Positions 38,422 to 47,203 of a stretch of DNA of 64,000 bases are shown in pieces. Under the pieces are notes generated by a model. That model was given only the letters and a program-made list of their open reading frames with translations. It did no database searches and was not told where the DNA came from. The DNA lies in the NCBI GenBank assembly GCA_029259775.1, contig JAJDEN010000014.1, forward strand, positions 35,613 to 99,612, read 5' to 3'. Origin of the DNA: Planctomycetota bacterium (lineage in GTDB: Bacteria > Planctomycetota > PLA2 > JAEUHO01). How positions within the stretch are numbered: the first letter of the stretch is position 1; each line of letters opens with the position of its first letter. The position numbers were made by a program, and so were the translations under genes.

Positions 38422-41034
38422 CTAGCGCTTCTTCGTCAGCTTGATCTCGATGCGCGGCGGCTTGTCGCTCGAGCCGGCGCGGACTTCCTTGCGCACGACG
38501 AACTTGTAGCCGGGCGCGCCGGCGCGCACCTCCAGGGCCGTGTTCAGCGGCAACGCCCGCAGGTGCACCACGCCGTCCTTGTTGTTGGCGTGCTCCCCGC
38601 TCCCCACCTTGAGGCGGATGCCCTCGAAGCGGTCTTCGCCGTGCGTGCGGTCGACCGGGCGCGCGGTGGCGAGCGAGCCTCCAACGGGCTTGCCGCTCTC
38701 CGCGTCGAGGACCACTACCTCGAGGACGCCCGTTGGGAAGTCCAGGTTGTAGGTCAGCGCATCGCCTGCCTTGATGGCCAGCGGCTCGCGCGTGCGCCCG
38801 CCGAAGTCATCCGAGACGCGAAGGTCACCCAGGAGGAACCGGAACTCGTAGGTGCCCGGCGTGAGACCGGCCAGGCGGAAGCGCCCCTCCGCGTTCGTCT
38901 CCCCCGTGGCGGCCTTGGTCCTGTCCTTGGTCTGGGCGGCCACGAGGAACACGCCAGCGAGAGGCCGACCCGCCATCGTGAAGCGGCCGGAGATCGACGC
39001 CACCTCCGACGGCAACCGCGCCTCACCGAAGTCGTGGTACGCCCCCATGCCGGGCTCGATCCTCACGGAGGCCATGCCGAGCGAGGCGGCCTCCAGGTCC
39101 TCGACGAACATCACCCGGCAGGTGCGACTCCGCGCCACGCTGATGCCGTCGAGCCGGTAGTGGCCGTCGACGCCAACCTGCGTGCGGATCACGCGCCCCT
39201 TCGTGCCGGCGATCACGGTGCGGCCGACGGCGGGTTCGCCGGTGCGCAGGTAGGCGCGGCCCTCGAGGAACCCGGTGCGCCACACGTGGACCTCCGCGAC
39301 GTCGCGCGGCTTCGTCGTGGCGAACACGGCCGAGTCGACGGCGGTCGCGCGGCCCGGCGCGGTGATCCACCACGTGGGCGGGCGCTGGTATGGACGGTCA
39401 CGCTTGTCGAACGTTGGTAGCGCGACTTCGCCCCGTTCATCCGTCGTGCGCGGCGTGCCGCCGAAGAAGGCCGCGTCGTCGCCGATCTCGAAGTAGGGCG
39501 TGACGATGGCTCCGGGGATGGGGGCGCCCGTGTCCTTCGCCACAGCGCGAATGCGCACCGAGCCCGGATCGGTCGGGATCCGCATCGTGACCTTGATCGG
39601 CTCACCGACGCGCGCCGTGAAGCTGTCCGAGAGATCCGGCGCGGCGCCCGGCCGCTCGAGAAGCAGGCGCCAGGTGCCCGTCGACGGCGTGAGCCCGACC
39701 ACGGCGCGGCCGTCCTTGAACAGCAGCTTCGTGCGCAAGGCGAGCCCGCGCGAGAGGCCGAGCATGTTCTCGAGCATGCGTGCGCGTTCCCTCGCGGCCA
39801 GGGCATCCGCGGACACGATCTGCACGACCGGCGTGACCCCCGCGGCTTCGTAGCGCTTCTTCACCTCGGCCGTGGTCAGGCGGCGACCCTGCTCGTCCTC
39901 GAACGCCAGCAGCACGTCGACCCGCTTGGGCATCCGGATGACCGTCTCGCCCGGCATCGGCGTGTAGGCCCGCCGAACCATCGCCGAGCTCGTGACGTCG
40001 AGGACCCAGAGCGTGCTCGGCACGCCGTGCCACGTCGCCGGCCAGATGACGCGGCCGACCTCGTCGACCTCGTAGTCCAGCAGGACGCCCTTCGGGGTCG
40101 CCAGCCGGACGATCGCGCCTTGGACGGCGCGCTCTCGCCCTTCCACCATCCGTACGACCCGCACGGCGGCTTCGCCGGCGGCCAGCGCGGGGGGCTTGGG
40201 CTCGCCTTCAGCCGTCGCGGTCTCATCCGCCGCGGGCTGCGCCTGGCCACGCGTCTTCAGCTTGGCAGCGTCCGCCTCGTTCTTCGCGGTCTCGACCGCG
40301 GGCGGCGGATCGTCCGGCGCGCCGTCGGGAACTGTGTCGCGCAGCGCCAGCCACAGGCCGCCGCCGAGGAGGAGCAGCGCGAGCGCTGCGAACGTGAACT
40401 TCGACTTGGCGGCCATCAGCAGGGCTCCCGTTCCGAGGGCGCCGCCCGTTCCCGTCGCGCCCTGGACGGTCGAGCCGGCCAAGCCGCCGCCGGGACCCGC
40501 CGCAAGCGGCAGGAGGGCGAGGCGCCAGGTGTGGCCGTCGCCGCCGTGCTCACGATCGAGGCGAGCCCGGACGTGCTCCAGGCCGCGTCGTACGCGCGAT
40601 CTCACGGTTTCGACGGAGACACCCATGCGCGCCGCGATCTCCCGCGGCGGCAGGCCCTCGAAGTGACGGTGCAGCACCGACTCCCGGTAGGGGGGCTCGA
40701 GTTCGAGCACCGCCTGGACGACGCGCTTGTGCAGCTCGGCCTCGGCGACGACGTCGCCGGTGGCCGGCAGCGCCTCGGGGCGTGCCGCCCCGTGCTCGCG
40801 CTTGGCCACGCGGCCCTCGCCGCGGCGCATGCGCGCTGCGAGGTTGCGCATGACCTGGCCGAGCCACGCCTTGGGCGTGTCGCCGTGCGGCGGACGCTTC
40901 AGCGCGGCCATCCAGGTCTGCTGCTCGAGATCGTCGGCCCGTGCCTCGTCCCGCACCAGCGTGCGCGCAAGGCGGCGCACCCAGGCCCGGTGTTGCAGGA
41001 GGCGATGGATGGGAATGTCGATGGGTTCACGCAT
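38422..41034 (-). CDS. ECF sigma factor fused to TM helix and ~640-aa extracytoplasmic domain with CarboxypepD_reg-like repeats
   Basis: N-terminus: sigma-70 r2/r4 (DDLEQQTWMAALKRPP…AWLGQVMRNLAARMRR…LELEPPYRESVLHRHFEGLPPREIAARMGVSVETVRSRVRRGLEHVRARL). Gly-rich linker and TM (FTFAALALLLLGGGLWLAL). Large C-terminal region with GRFRLAGLTPGTYEFRF transthyretin-like motif. Confidence 0.75.
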   Translation of the reverse strand: MREPIDIPIHRLLQHRAWVRRLARTLVRDEARADDLEQQTWMAALKRPPHGDTPKAWLGQVMRNLAARMRRGEGRVAKREHGAARPEALPATGDVVAEAELHKRVVQAVLELEPPYRESVLHRHFEGLPPREIAARMGVSVETVRSRVRRGLEHVRARLDREHGGDGHTWRLALLPLAAGPGGGLAGSTVQGATGTGGALGTGALLMAAKSKFTFAALALLLLGGGLWLALRDTVPDGAPDDPPPAVETAKNEADAAKLKTRGQAQPAADETATAEGEPKPPALAAGEAAVRVVRMVEGRERAVQGAIVRLATPKGVLLDYEVDEVGRVIWPATWHGVPSTLWVLDVTSSAMVRRAYTPMPGETVIRMPKRVDVLLAFEDEQGRRLTTAEVKKRYEAAGVTPVVQIVSADALAARERARMLENMLGLSRGLALRTKLLFKDGRAVVGLTPSTGTWRLLLERPGAAPDLSDSFTARVGEPIKVTMRIPTDPGSVRIRAVAKDTGAPIPGAIVTPYFEIGDDAAFFGGTPRTTDERGEVALPTFDKRDRPYQRPPTWWITAPGRATAVDSAVFATTKPRDVAEVHVWRTGFLEGRAYLRTGEPAVGRTVIAGTKGRVIRTQVGVDGHYRLDGISVARSRTCRVMFVEDLEAASLGMASVRIEPGMGAYHDFGEARLPSEVASISGRFTMAGRPLAGVFLVAAQTKDRTKAATGETNAEGRFRLAGLTPGTYEFRFLLGDLRVSDDFGGRTREPLAIKAGDALTYNLDFPTGVLEVVVLDAESGKPVGGSLATARPVDRTHGEDRFEGIRLKVGSGEHANNKDGVVHLRALPLNTALEVRAGAPGYKFVVRKEVRAGSSDKPPRIEIKLTKKR

Positions 41035-41062
41035 GGGTCTCTGCAGTTGGATTCCCGCCGAG

Positions 41063-41086
41063 ACGGAAAGCGGTGCAGAGATTCCG
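41063..41086 (-). promoter_or_regulatory. candidate ECF-type promoter (GGAAT-N15-CGTC) upstream of the 38422-41034 sigma-fusion gene
   Basis: Minus-strand ggaatctctgcaccgctttccgtc ends 30 nt before the ATG; similar GGAAC-N17-CGTG at 22975-23000 before the paralog. Confidence 0.3.
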
Positions 41087-41136
41087 GAAATGGCGAACGC
41101 GGGTGTCGGCCTCGGGCCTACCGTCCTGCCGCGTTC

Positions 41137-42168
41137 CTAGGCCAGGCCTACGAGGGTGAGCGGATCTCGATCGAGGGCGTCCGCCAGCTTTCGCCGGATG
41201 AGGGCCGTCCGGGCCTCCTGCAGGGCGATGAGGTCGTGCGCATCGTAGCGCGTACGCAGGTCCGCGAAGCGTTCCTCGGGCACGACGGCCTCCGTGCCCT
41301 TCATGCAGGCGTCGGCCAGGGCGCAGCAGCGCTCCTCCCAGGTCATCGTCTGGAGGTCGACGAGCTTGCGGAACGAGGCGACGAGGCTCGGGTCCACGCC
41401 CGCCTCGATCAGCGCCTCGCCGCTGGCGCCCTTCGTGAAGTGCGAGATGCATCCGAAGCCGTACGGCGCGAACTCTCCCTTCCGGAGCAGCTTGGTGCCC
41501 GCGCGGGGGTGGTCGTCGTGCTCGCCGATCGCGCGTCCTACGTCATGCAGGAGCGTGCCGATCGCCGCCGCCTCGACGTCCACGGCCTGACCGGCGCTCT
41601 TGAGCGCTTCGGCGAACGTGCGCGCGAGACGCGCTCCGCCGCGCAGGTGACCGACGAGGTGCTCGCTGGCCTCGGGCAAGGAGCGCAGGTACGCGTCGGC
41701 CTGCTTCTCCTTGCGGCCGGCGAGGGTGCACGTGGCCGGGTCCTTCAGGAAGAGCGCGGCCTGCCGGACGGCGTCCTTCAGATTGAGGTGCCAGAGCGCG
41801 TCGATCATCCGCCCGAGCGGCAGCCACTCGTGGGCGATGTGCTCCTTCGAGAGCTCGACGTCCTGCTGCGGCGCGAACGCGGTGAGGTAGATCACGTGCT
41901 TGCGGTAGGTCTCGCCGCGGCGCGTCGCCTCGTACTTGAGCACCGTGCGGAAGTCGCCGCGCACATCCGTGATCTCGAGACCGGTCTCTTCGCGTGTCTC
42001 GCGGAGCGCGGTCTCGAGCTCGGTCTCGCCCGGCTCGCTGTGGCCCTTGGGCAGGCCCGGCTCGCCACGCTTGCTGTTGATGAGGTTCAGGTACTCGAAG
42101 CGACCCGCCTGCCGCCGGGCGAGGACGAAACCGCAGGCGGTCCGGAGCGGGAGGTCGTCGTGCGGCAT
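41137..42168 (-). CDS. NUDIX hydrolase (Ap4A-hydrolase-like) fused to HD-domain phosphohydrolase
   Basis: Start MPHDDLPLRTACGFVL…; Nudix box GLPKGHSEPGETELETALRETREETGL; C-terminal HD motif (…GTLLHDVGRAIGEHDDH…). Confidence 0.75.
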   Translation of the reverse strand: MPHDDLPLRTACGFVLARRQAGRFEYLNLINSKRGEPGLPKGHSEPGETELETALRETREETGLEITDVRGDFRTVLKYEATRRGETYRKHVIYLTAFAPQQDVELSKEHIAHEWLPLGRMIDALWHLNLKDAVRQAALFLKDPATCTLAGRKEKQADAYLRSLPEASEHLVGHLRGGARLARTFAEALKSAGQAVDVEAAAIGTLLHDVGRAIGEHDDHPRAGTKLLRKGEFAPYGFGCISHFTKGASGEALIEAGVDPSLVASFRKLVDLQTMTWEERCCALADACMKGTEAVVPEERFADLRTRYDAHDLIALQEARTALIRRKLADALDRDPLTLVGLA

Positions 42169-42260
42169 GGGGCCATTGAACTTGAGGGCGGCGGGCGGCG
42201 AGGCAGTTCTTCCGTGTCGGTCTCCAGCCCGAGCCCCAGCCCGAGCCCGAGCCCCGTTCC

Positions 42261-42346
42261 GTGTCCGTGTCGGTGTCCGTGTCGGTGTGAAGAAGTGCAC
42301 CTGGCAAGCCAGGGGAAGTGCATGGCAACGTCAACGTGTCCGGAGC
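42261..42346. repeat. GTGTCC hexamer run plus ~60-bp conserved motif (AAGTGCACNTGGCAAGCCAGGGGA…GTCAACGTGTCC)
   Basis: Near-identical copy at 58518-58594; contains internal palindrome CCTGGCAAGCCAGG; lies in the divergent promoter region. Confidence 0.75.
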
Positions 42347-42412
42347 CCCCGTCGGGGCGCGGCCGGGGCGGGAATGGGGGTCGTGGCCCCGAGCGAGTAC
42401 GCTCTGCCCACG

Positions 42413-43303
42413 ATGAGCGCCACCGCCCAGAACCTCGAGCCGCCCGTCTGCATGTACGGCGAGATCCTCGAGAACCGCCAGATCACGCCCGTGACCTGGG
42501 TCATGAAGATCCACAGCCCCGACGCGGCGCCGCGCATGCGTGCCGGCCAGTTCGTGAACCTGCTCACGAGCGAAGAGATCGTCCCGCTGCTACGGCGGCC
42601 CATGTCGATCCACCGGGTCGTGGAGCACCAGGGCGTCGCCTCCGGCTTCTGTGTCCTCTACGACGTCATCGGGCCCGGCACCCGCAACCTGCACCACATG
42701 AAGAAGGGCGAGCGCATCAGCTTCATCGGCCCGCTGGGCAACGCCATCAGCGTGCCGGCCGAGGCGCGCCGCGCGGTCCTCATCGCCGGCGGCGTCGGCA
42801 TCGGCCCGATCAAGTTCGTGGCCGAGGCCCTCCAGGCGATGGGCATGCGCGACATCACGCTCTGCTACGGCGCACGCGACAGCGACCACTCCGTTCCGGT
42901 CAAGGAAGCAGCGCCGGACGGTTGCCGCGTACTCGTCTGCACGGACGACGGCTCCGTGAGCCGCAAGGGCTTCGTGACCGACCTCGTCGCGGAGATGATC
43001 GCCGGCAAGCGGCTGCAGCCCGGTGACTACGTCTTCACCTGCGGCCCCGTACCGATGTTCCGCGCCGTGCGCGACCTACTCGGCAAGCACGGCATCTCCG
43101 CCGAAGCGGCCACCGAGGAGTACATGGGCTGCGGCTTCGGCGTCTGCTTCGGCTGCCCGCTCAAGCAGCGCCAGCCCGACGGCTCCGTCGAGTACAAGCT
43201 CTGCTGCGTCGACGGCTGCCTCTTCCCGCTCGAGACCCTGGTCTTCGAGGGCGATGAGGACGTCGATGCTCAAAAGGGCGATGACACCGGGACGCCGGCG
43301 TGA
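42413..43303 (+). CDS. PyrK-like FAD/NAD(P)-binding oxidoreductase with C-terminal [2Fe-2S] cluster (dihydroorotate dehydrogenase electron-transfer subunit family)
   Basis: FNR-like fold (RRPMSIH…GGVGIGP…) and C-terminal GCGFGVCFGC…C cluster motif; no pyrD adjacent. Confidence 0.7.
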   Translation: MSATAQNLEPPVCMYGEILENRQITPVTWVMKIHSPDAAPRMRAGQFVNLLTSEEIVPLLRRPMSIHRVVEHQGVASGFCVLYDVIGPGTRNLHHMKKGERISFIGPLGNAISVPAEARRAVLIAGGVGIGPIKFVAEALQAMGMRDITLCYGARDSDHSVPVKEAAPDGCRVLVCTDDGSVSRKGFVTDLVAEMIAGKRLQPGDYVFTCGPVPMFRAVRDLLGKHGISAEAATEEYMGCGFGVCFGCPLKQRQPDGSVEYKLCCVDGCLFPLETLVFEGDEDVDAQKGDDTGTPA

Positions 43304-43854
43304 GCGGCCGCCACATGGAGGCTGCGACGCGCGATCTCGCGCGCGTCCTCCGCCGTGTGCAGGTGCGGCGGCTGAAGGCGTTCGAGAAGTCGATCCTGGC
43401 GAGCGAGCGTGTCTTCGTGACGGGCCTCGGTCGCACAGGACTCATGGCGCGCGGCTTCGCCATGCGGCTCATGCACCTCGGCAGGCGGGTGTTCCACGTG
43501 GGCGACGTCATCACGCCGTCGGTGGAGGAGGGCGACCTCCTGATCATCTGCTCGCGTACGGGCCGCTCGAAGGTGCTGAGCCACTACATCCGCATCGCCA
43601 AGAAGGCCAAGGCGTCTGTGGCCGTCGTGACGGCGCGGCCCGACAGCCCGGTCGCGAGCCACGCCGACGTCGTATTGCCGATTGACGACACCCCGATCAA
43701 ACGCGCCAAGGCCGATGTACGACCCCTGCCCCCCTTGGGCTCGCTGTTCGAGCAGGCCCTGCTGATCGTGCTCGATCAGGTCGTGCTCGACCTCATGCAG
43801 GTGCTCGACCTGACCGAAGCGGACATGGCGCGCATTCATACCGGTTTCGAGTAA
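43300..43854 (+). CDS. SIS-domain protein (6-phospho-3-hexuloisomerase/KpsF-like sugar-phosphate isomerase family)
   Basis: SIS motifs VFVTGLGRTGLMARGFAMRL…LLIICSRTGRS…; start overlaps the pyrK-like stop (GTGA). Confidence 0.65.
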   Translation: MSGRHMEAATRDLARVLRRVQVRRLKAFEKSILASERVFVTGLGRTGLMARGFAMRLMHLGRRVFHVGDVITPSVEEGDLLIICSRTGRSKVLSHYIRIAKKAKASVAVVTARPDSPVASHADVVLPIDDTPIKRAKADVRPLPPLGSLFEQALLIVLDQVVLDLMQVLDLTEADMARIHTGFE

Positions 43855-43895
43855 GACGCCTGCGAGCAAGAGCTCGTTGGCGAACTCCCGGTCGA

Positions 43896-43924
43896 TCCAA
43901 CCCATTGCATGACAGCGGGTTGGA
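43896..43924. promoter_or_regulatory. perfect 8-bp inverted repeat (TCCAACCC-N13-GGGTTGGA) upstream of the thiolase operon
   Basis: Palindrome seen directly, 87 nt upstream of the thiolase ATG; operator role is inference. Confidence 0.25.
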
Positions 43925-44010
43925 ACGCTCCGCCTCGCTTCGGTCGGCGCGCGCGCGGGCGCTAGACTGCGCTCTCCGCGGCCCTTTCGTCGCCGCTGTG
44001 GAGCCTTCGC

Positions 44011-45189
44011 ATGACCAACGCCGTGATCGTCTCCGCCTGCCGTACGCCCATCGGGCGCTTCAACGGCGGCCTGTCCACGTTCCGTGCGCCCGAGCTCGGA
44101 GCCATCGCCATCAAGGAGGCGATGAGCCGCGCCAACCTCGATCCGGCCGACGTGAACGAGGTGATCATGGGCACCGTCCTGCAGGCGGGCCTCGGCCAGA
44201 ACCCCGCGCGCCAGGCCGCGCTAGGTGCCGGCGTTCCGCCCGAGGTCGGCGCGTTCACGGTCAACAAGGTGTGCGGCTCCGGGCTCAAGTCCGTGATGCT
44301 TGCCGCGCAGGCCATTCGCGCGGGCGACGCCGACATCATCGTCGCCGGCGGCCAGGAGAGTATGACGAACGCGCCCTACCTCATGCCGCAGGCCCGCAAC
44401 GGCATGCGTCTCGGCCATGGCAAGCTGCTCGACTCGATGGTGCACGACGGCCTGTGGGAGATCTACAACGACTACCACATGGGCGAGACCGGCGAGCTGA
44501 TCGCCGAGCGCTGCAACGTGAGTCGCGAAGAGATGGATGCGTTCTCCGCCGAGAGCCACCGCCGCGCGGCGGCCGCGACGGAGTCCGGCGCCTTCGCGGA
44601 CGAGATCGTTCCCGTGGAGGTGAAGGATCGCAAGGGCAACGTCACCGTCGTGGGTGCCGATGAGGGCATCCGGCCCGACGTCACCGCCGAGAGCCTCGGC
44701 AAGCTGCGCGCCGCCTTCCGCAAGGACGGCACGGTCACACCCGGCAACGCCAGCCAGATCTCGGATGGCGCCTCGGCGCTGGTCGTGATGAGCGAGAAGG
44801 CGGCCGCCGACCGCGGTCTCGAGCCGCTCGCCACGATCACGGGCTACGCCACCGGCGGCACCGAGCCGCAGTGGGTGATGTACGCGCCGGTCGTCGCGAT
44901 GGAGAACCTCCAGAAGCGCACCGGCAACGCGACGGACAGCTACGGCCTGATCGAGCTCAACGAGGCCTTCGCCTCGGCCGCCTGCGGCGTGAGCAAGGAG
45001 GCGGGCCTCGCCGCCGATCGCACGAACGTCAACGGCGGCGCCGTCGCGCTCGGTCACCCGATCGGGGCGAGCGGCGCGCGCATCCTGACCACCTTGCTCT
45101 ACGCCATGAAGGCGCGCGACGTGAGCACGGGCATGGCTTCGCTGTGCCTCGGCGGCGGCAACGCCGTCGCTCTCTCGGTCCAGCGCTAA
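44011..45189 (+). CDS. acetyl-CoA C-acetyltransferase (thiolase II)
   Basis: VIVSACRTPIGRFNGGL…NKVCGSGLK…GGQESM…C-terminal NVNGGAVALGHPIGASGARIL…CLGGGNAV thiolase signatures. Confidence 0.9.
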   Translation: MTNAVIVSACRTPIGRFNGGLSTFRAPELGAIAIKEAMSRANLDPADVNEVIMGTVLQAGLGQNPARQAALGAGVPPEVGAFTVNKVCGSGLKSVMLAAQAIRAGDADIIVAGGQESMTNAPYLMPQARNGMRLGHGKLLDSMVHDGLWEIYNDYHMGETGELIAERCNVSREEMDAFSAESHRRAAAATESGAFADEIVPVEVKDRKGNVTVVGADEGIRPDVTAESLGKLRAAFRKDGTVTPGNASQISDGASALVVMSEKAAADRGLEPLATITGYATGGTEPQWVMYAPVVAMENLQKRTGNATDSYGLIELNEAFASAACGVSKEAGLAADRTNVNGGAVALGHPIGASGARILTTLLYAMKARDVSTGMASLCLGGGNAVALSVQR

Positions 45190-45219
45190 CGTCCCACGCC
45201 CCATCTCTCGGAGAACGAC

Positions 45220-46071
45220 ATGACTTTCCAGCATGTAGGCGTCATCGGCGCCGGTCAGATGGGCGCGGGCATCGCGCAGGTCTTCGCGGTCCACGGCACC
45301 AAGGTGCGCCTCTTCGACGTGTCCAACGACGCGGTCGAGAAGGGCCTGATGGGCATCACGAAGAGCCTCGAGCGCTTCGTGAACAAGGAGAAGATCACGC
45401 GCGAGGTCATGGACACGGCCCTGACGCACATCCATGCCGAGACGAGCCTCGAGGGCCTGTCGGACTGCGACCTGGTCGTCGAGGCCGTCGTCGAGAACGG
45501 CGACGTCAAGAAGGCCATCTTCGCTGAGCTCGACGGGATCCTCGGTCCGGAGGCCATCGTGGCGAGCAACACGTCGAGCATTTCGATCACCGAGCTGGCC
45601 GCGGCGAGCGGTCGCGCGGACCGCTTCATCGGCATGCACTTCATGAACCCGGTCCCGCTGATGAAGCTCATCGAGATCATCCGCGGCCTCGCGACGTCGG
45701 ATGAGACGTACGCCAAGGTGCACGCCGCGTCGGAGGCGATCGGCAAGATCCCCGTGGTCGCGAACGACTACCCCGGCTTCGTGGCCAACCGCATCCTGAT
45801 GCCGATGATCAACGAGGCCGTGACCTGCGTCATGGAAGGCGTCGCCGAGGCCGAGAACATCGACTCGATCATCAAGCTCGGCCTGAACCACCCGATGGGG
45901 CCGCTCGCCCTGGCCGACCTGATCGGCCTGGACACGTGCCTCGCGATCATGGAGGTCCTGCACAGCGACCTCGGCGACAGCAAGTACCGGCCCTCGCCGT
46001 TGCTACGCAAGATGGTCGCCGCTGGATTCCTCGGCCGGAAGTCGGGTCGCGGCTTCTACGACTACTCGTAA
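45220..46071 (+). CDS. hbd: 3-hydroxybutyryl-CoA dehydrogenase
   Basis: [16 protein letters not shown] Rossmann motif; collinear with Hbd/FadB C-terminal family (…[11 protein letters not shown]…[18 protein letters not shown]…). Confidence 0.9.
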   Translation: MTFQHVGVIGAGQMGAGIAQVFAVHGTKVRLFDVSNDAVEKGLMGITKSLERFVNKEKITREVMDTALTHIHAETSLEGLSDCDLVVEAVVENGDVKKAIFAELDGILGPEAIVASNTSSISITELAAASGRADRFIGMHFMNPVPLMKLIEIIRGLATSDETYAKVHAASEAIGKIPVVANDYPGFVANRILMPMINEAVTCVMEGVAEAENIDSIIKLGLNHPMGPLALADLIGLDTCLAIMEVLHSDLGDSKYRPSPLLRKMVAAGFLGRKSGRGFYDYS

Positions 46072-46161
46072 GGACGGCTTCCGCGTCCCGAAGGCCGCTG
46101 CCGCAGGGGGGGCGGCCGGTGGCGTCACGCCATGGCCCAAGGTCGATCATCGGGCTGGTGT

Positions 46162-46186
46162 GGGCGGGCACAAGACCCGCCCCTAC
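46162..46186. repeat. REP-like palindrome GGGCGGGCACAAGACCCGCCCCTAC
   Basis: Same family as 11081-11105 and 11137-11161 (1 mismatch). Confidence 0.8.
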
Positions 46187-46238
46187 GCGGGTGCTGACGA
46201 CGCCCGAGCGGAACGATCGAGCGCGCACCTAGGGACCG

Positions 46239-47132
46239 CTACGGCTTGTGGCCGTTCTGCAACATCCAGATCCTGCGCCACTCCGCGCGCGGCCGCTCCT
46301 GGAACGTCTTGCCCTCGTCCGTCGTGAGCGGCACCGAACCGAACACGATGTAGGTGCTCGCGACGACCAACAGGATCGGGATGATCGCCAGCAGCGGCAC
46401 GAGGAGCTTCCGGCGCGCGTGACGTACGGCGAGCCCCGCGAGATAGCCCGTCGCGAGACCGGCGCCGTGCGCCCAGTTGCCGATGGCGACCGTGTTCGAG
46501 AGCGACAGCACCACGCCGATCACGAGCAGGATGCCGATCCAGCGCAGCATCTGATCGGTCATCACGGCCGCGGCGATCGGATGCACGCGGCGCAGGGCCC
46601 AGAGGAAGCCGAGCAGGCCGAAGAGGTAGCCGGAGATGCCCACGCCGCTGCCGGAGAAGATCCACGAGATCGCCGACGCGCTGACGCCCGTGAAGAGCGT
46701 CAGGCCAAGCAGCGCCCAGGGCCCCCAGCCCCGCTCCACCTCACGGCCCAGGTACCAGAGGCCCATGCCGTTCATGCCGATGTGCCACCAGCCGCCGTGC
46801 AGGAACATGCACGTCACGTGGCGCCAGTGCTCCCAGATCCAGATTTCCGAGCTCTGGTAGAAGGCGGCCAGCCACGCCGGGCCACCACCGCGCTGGACAC
46901 CGGGCCAGATGACGTGCGTGCAGATGTAGAGCGCGATGGCGATCGCGAGGCTCACGATCGTCACGATCGGACGGCGCTCGCGGGCGATCGGACGAAAGCG
47001 GACCTGCATGCGGTTGCGGACGGCGTCGGCGCAGTTCGGGCAGAGCAGATCGGGATCGGCCCCGAACATCTCGGATCTCGGCAGGTTCACTCCGCAGACG
47101 GAGCAGCCGCAGATGGGGTCCTCATGGCTCAC
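46239..47132 (-). CDS. rhomboid-family intramembrane serine protease with N-terminal zinc-ribbon
   Basis: GTG start with GGGAGGA RBS; CxC-x2-C…CxxC ribbon; rhomboid motifs (HWRHVTCMFLHGGWWHIGMN; GISGYLFGLLG; NTVAIGNWAHGAGL). Confidence 0.75.
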   Translation of the reverse strand: MSHEDPICGCSVCGVNLPRSEMFGADPDLLCPNCADAVRNRMQVRFRPIARERRPIVTIVSLAIAIALYICTHVIWPGVQRGGGPAWLAAFYQSSEIWIWEHWRHVTCMFLHGGWWHIGMNGMGLWYLGREVERGWGPWALLGLTLFTGVSASAISWIFSGSGVGISGYLFGLLGFLWALRRVHPIAAAVMTDQMLRWIGILLVIGVVLSLSNTVAIGNWAHGAGLATGYLAGLAVRHARRKLLVPLLAIIPILLVVASTYIVFGSVPLTTDEGKTFQERPRAEWRRIWMLQNGHKP

Positions 47133-47203
47133 GCGGTCCTCCCATACCACGCGCCCGGCCCCCCTCGCTCGTATCTTCCACCTCCGAAGGAGCACCCCCC
47201 CGC

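Noticed and set aside
40027-43026. 999-aa plus-strand ORF
   Set aside because: It overlaps the antisense of the sigma-fusion and Nudix-HD genes and then runs out of frame through pyrK. It has a low-complexity translation.
43905-44663. 252-aa plus-frame ORF and 580-aa minus ORF (44221..45963) over the thiolase/hbd genes
   Set aside because: The thiolase and Hbd frames have full-length family matches. The alternatives are Arg/Gly-rich shadows.
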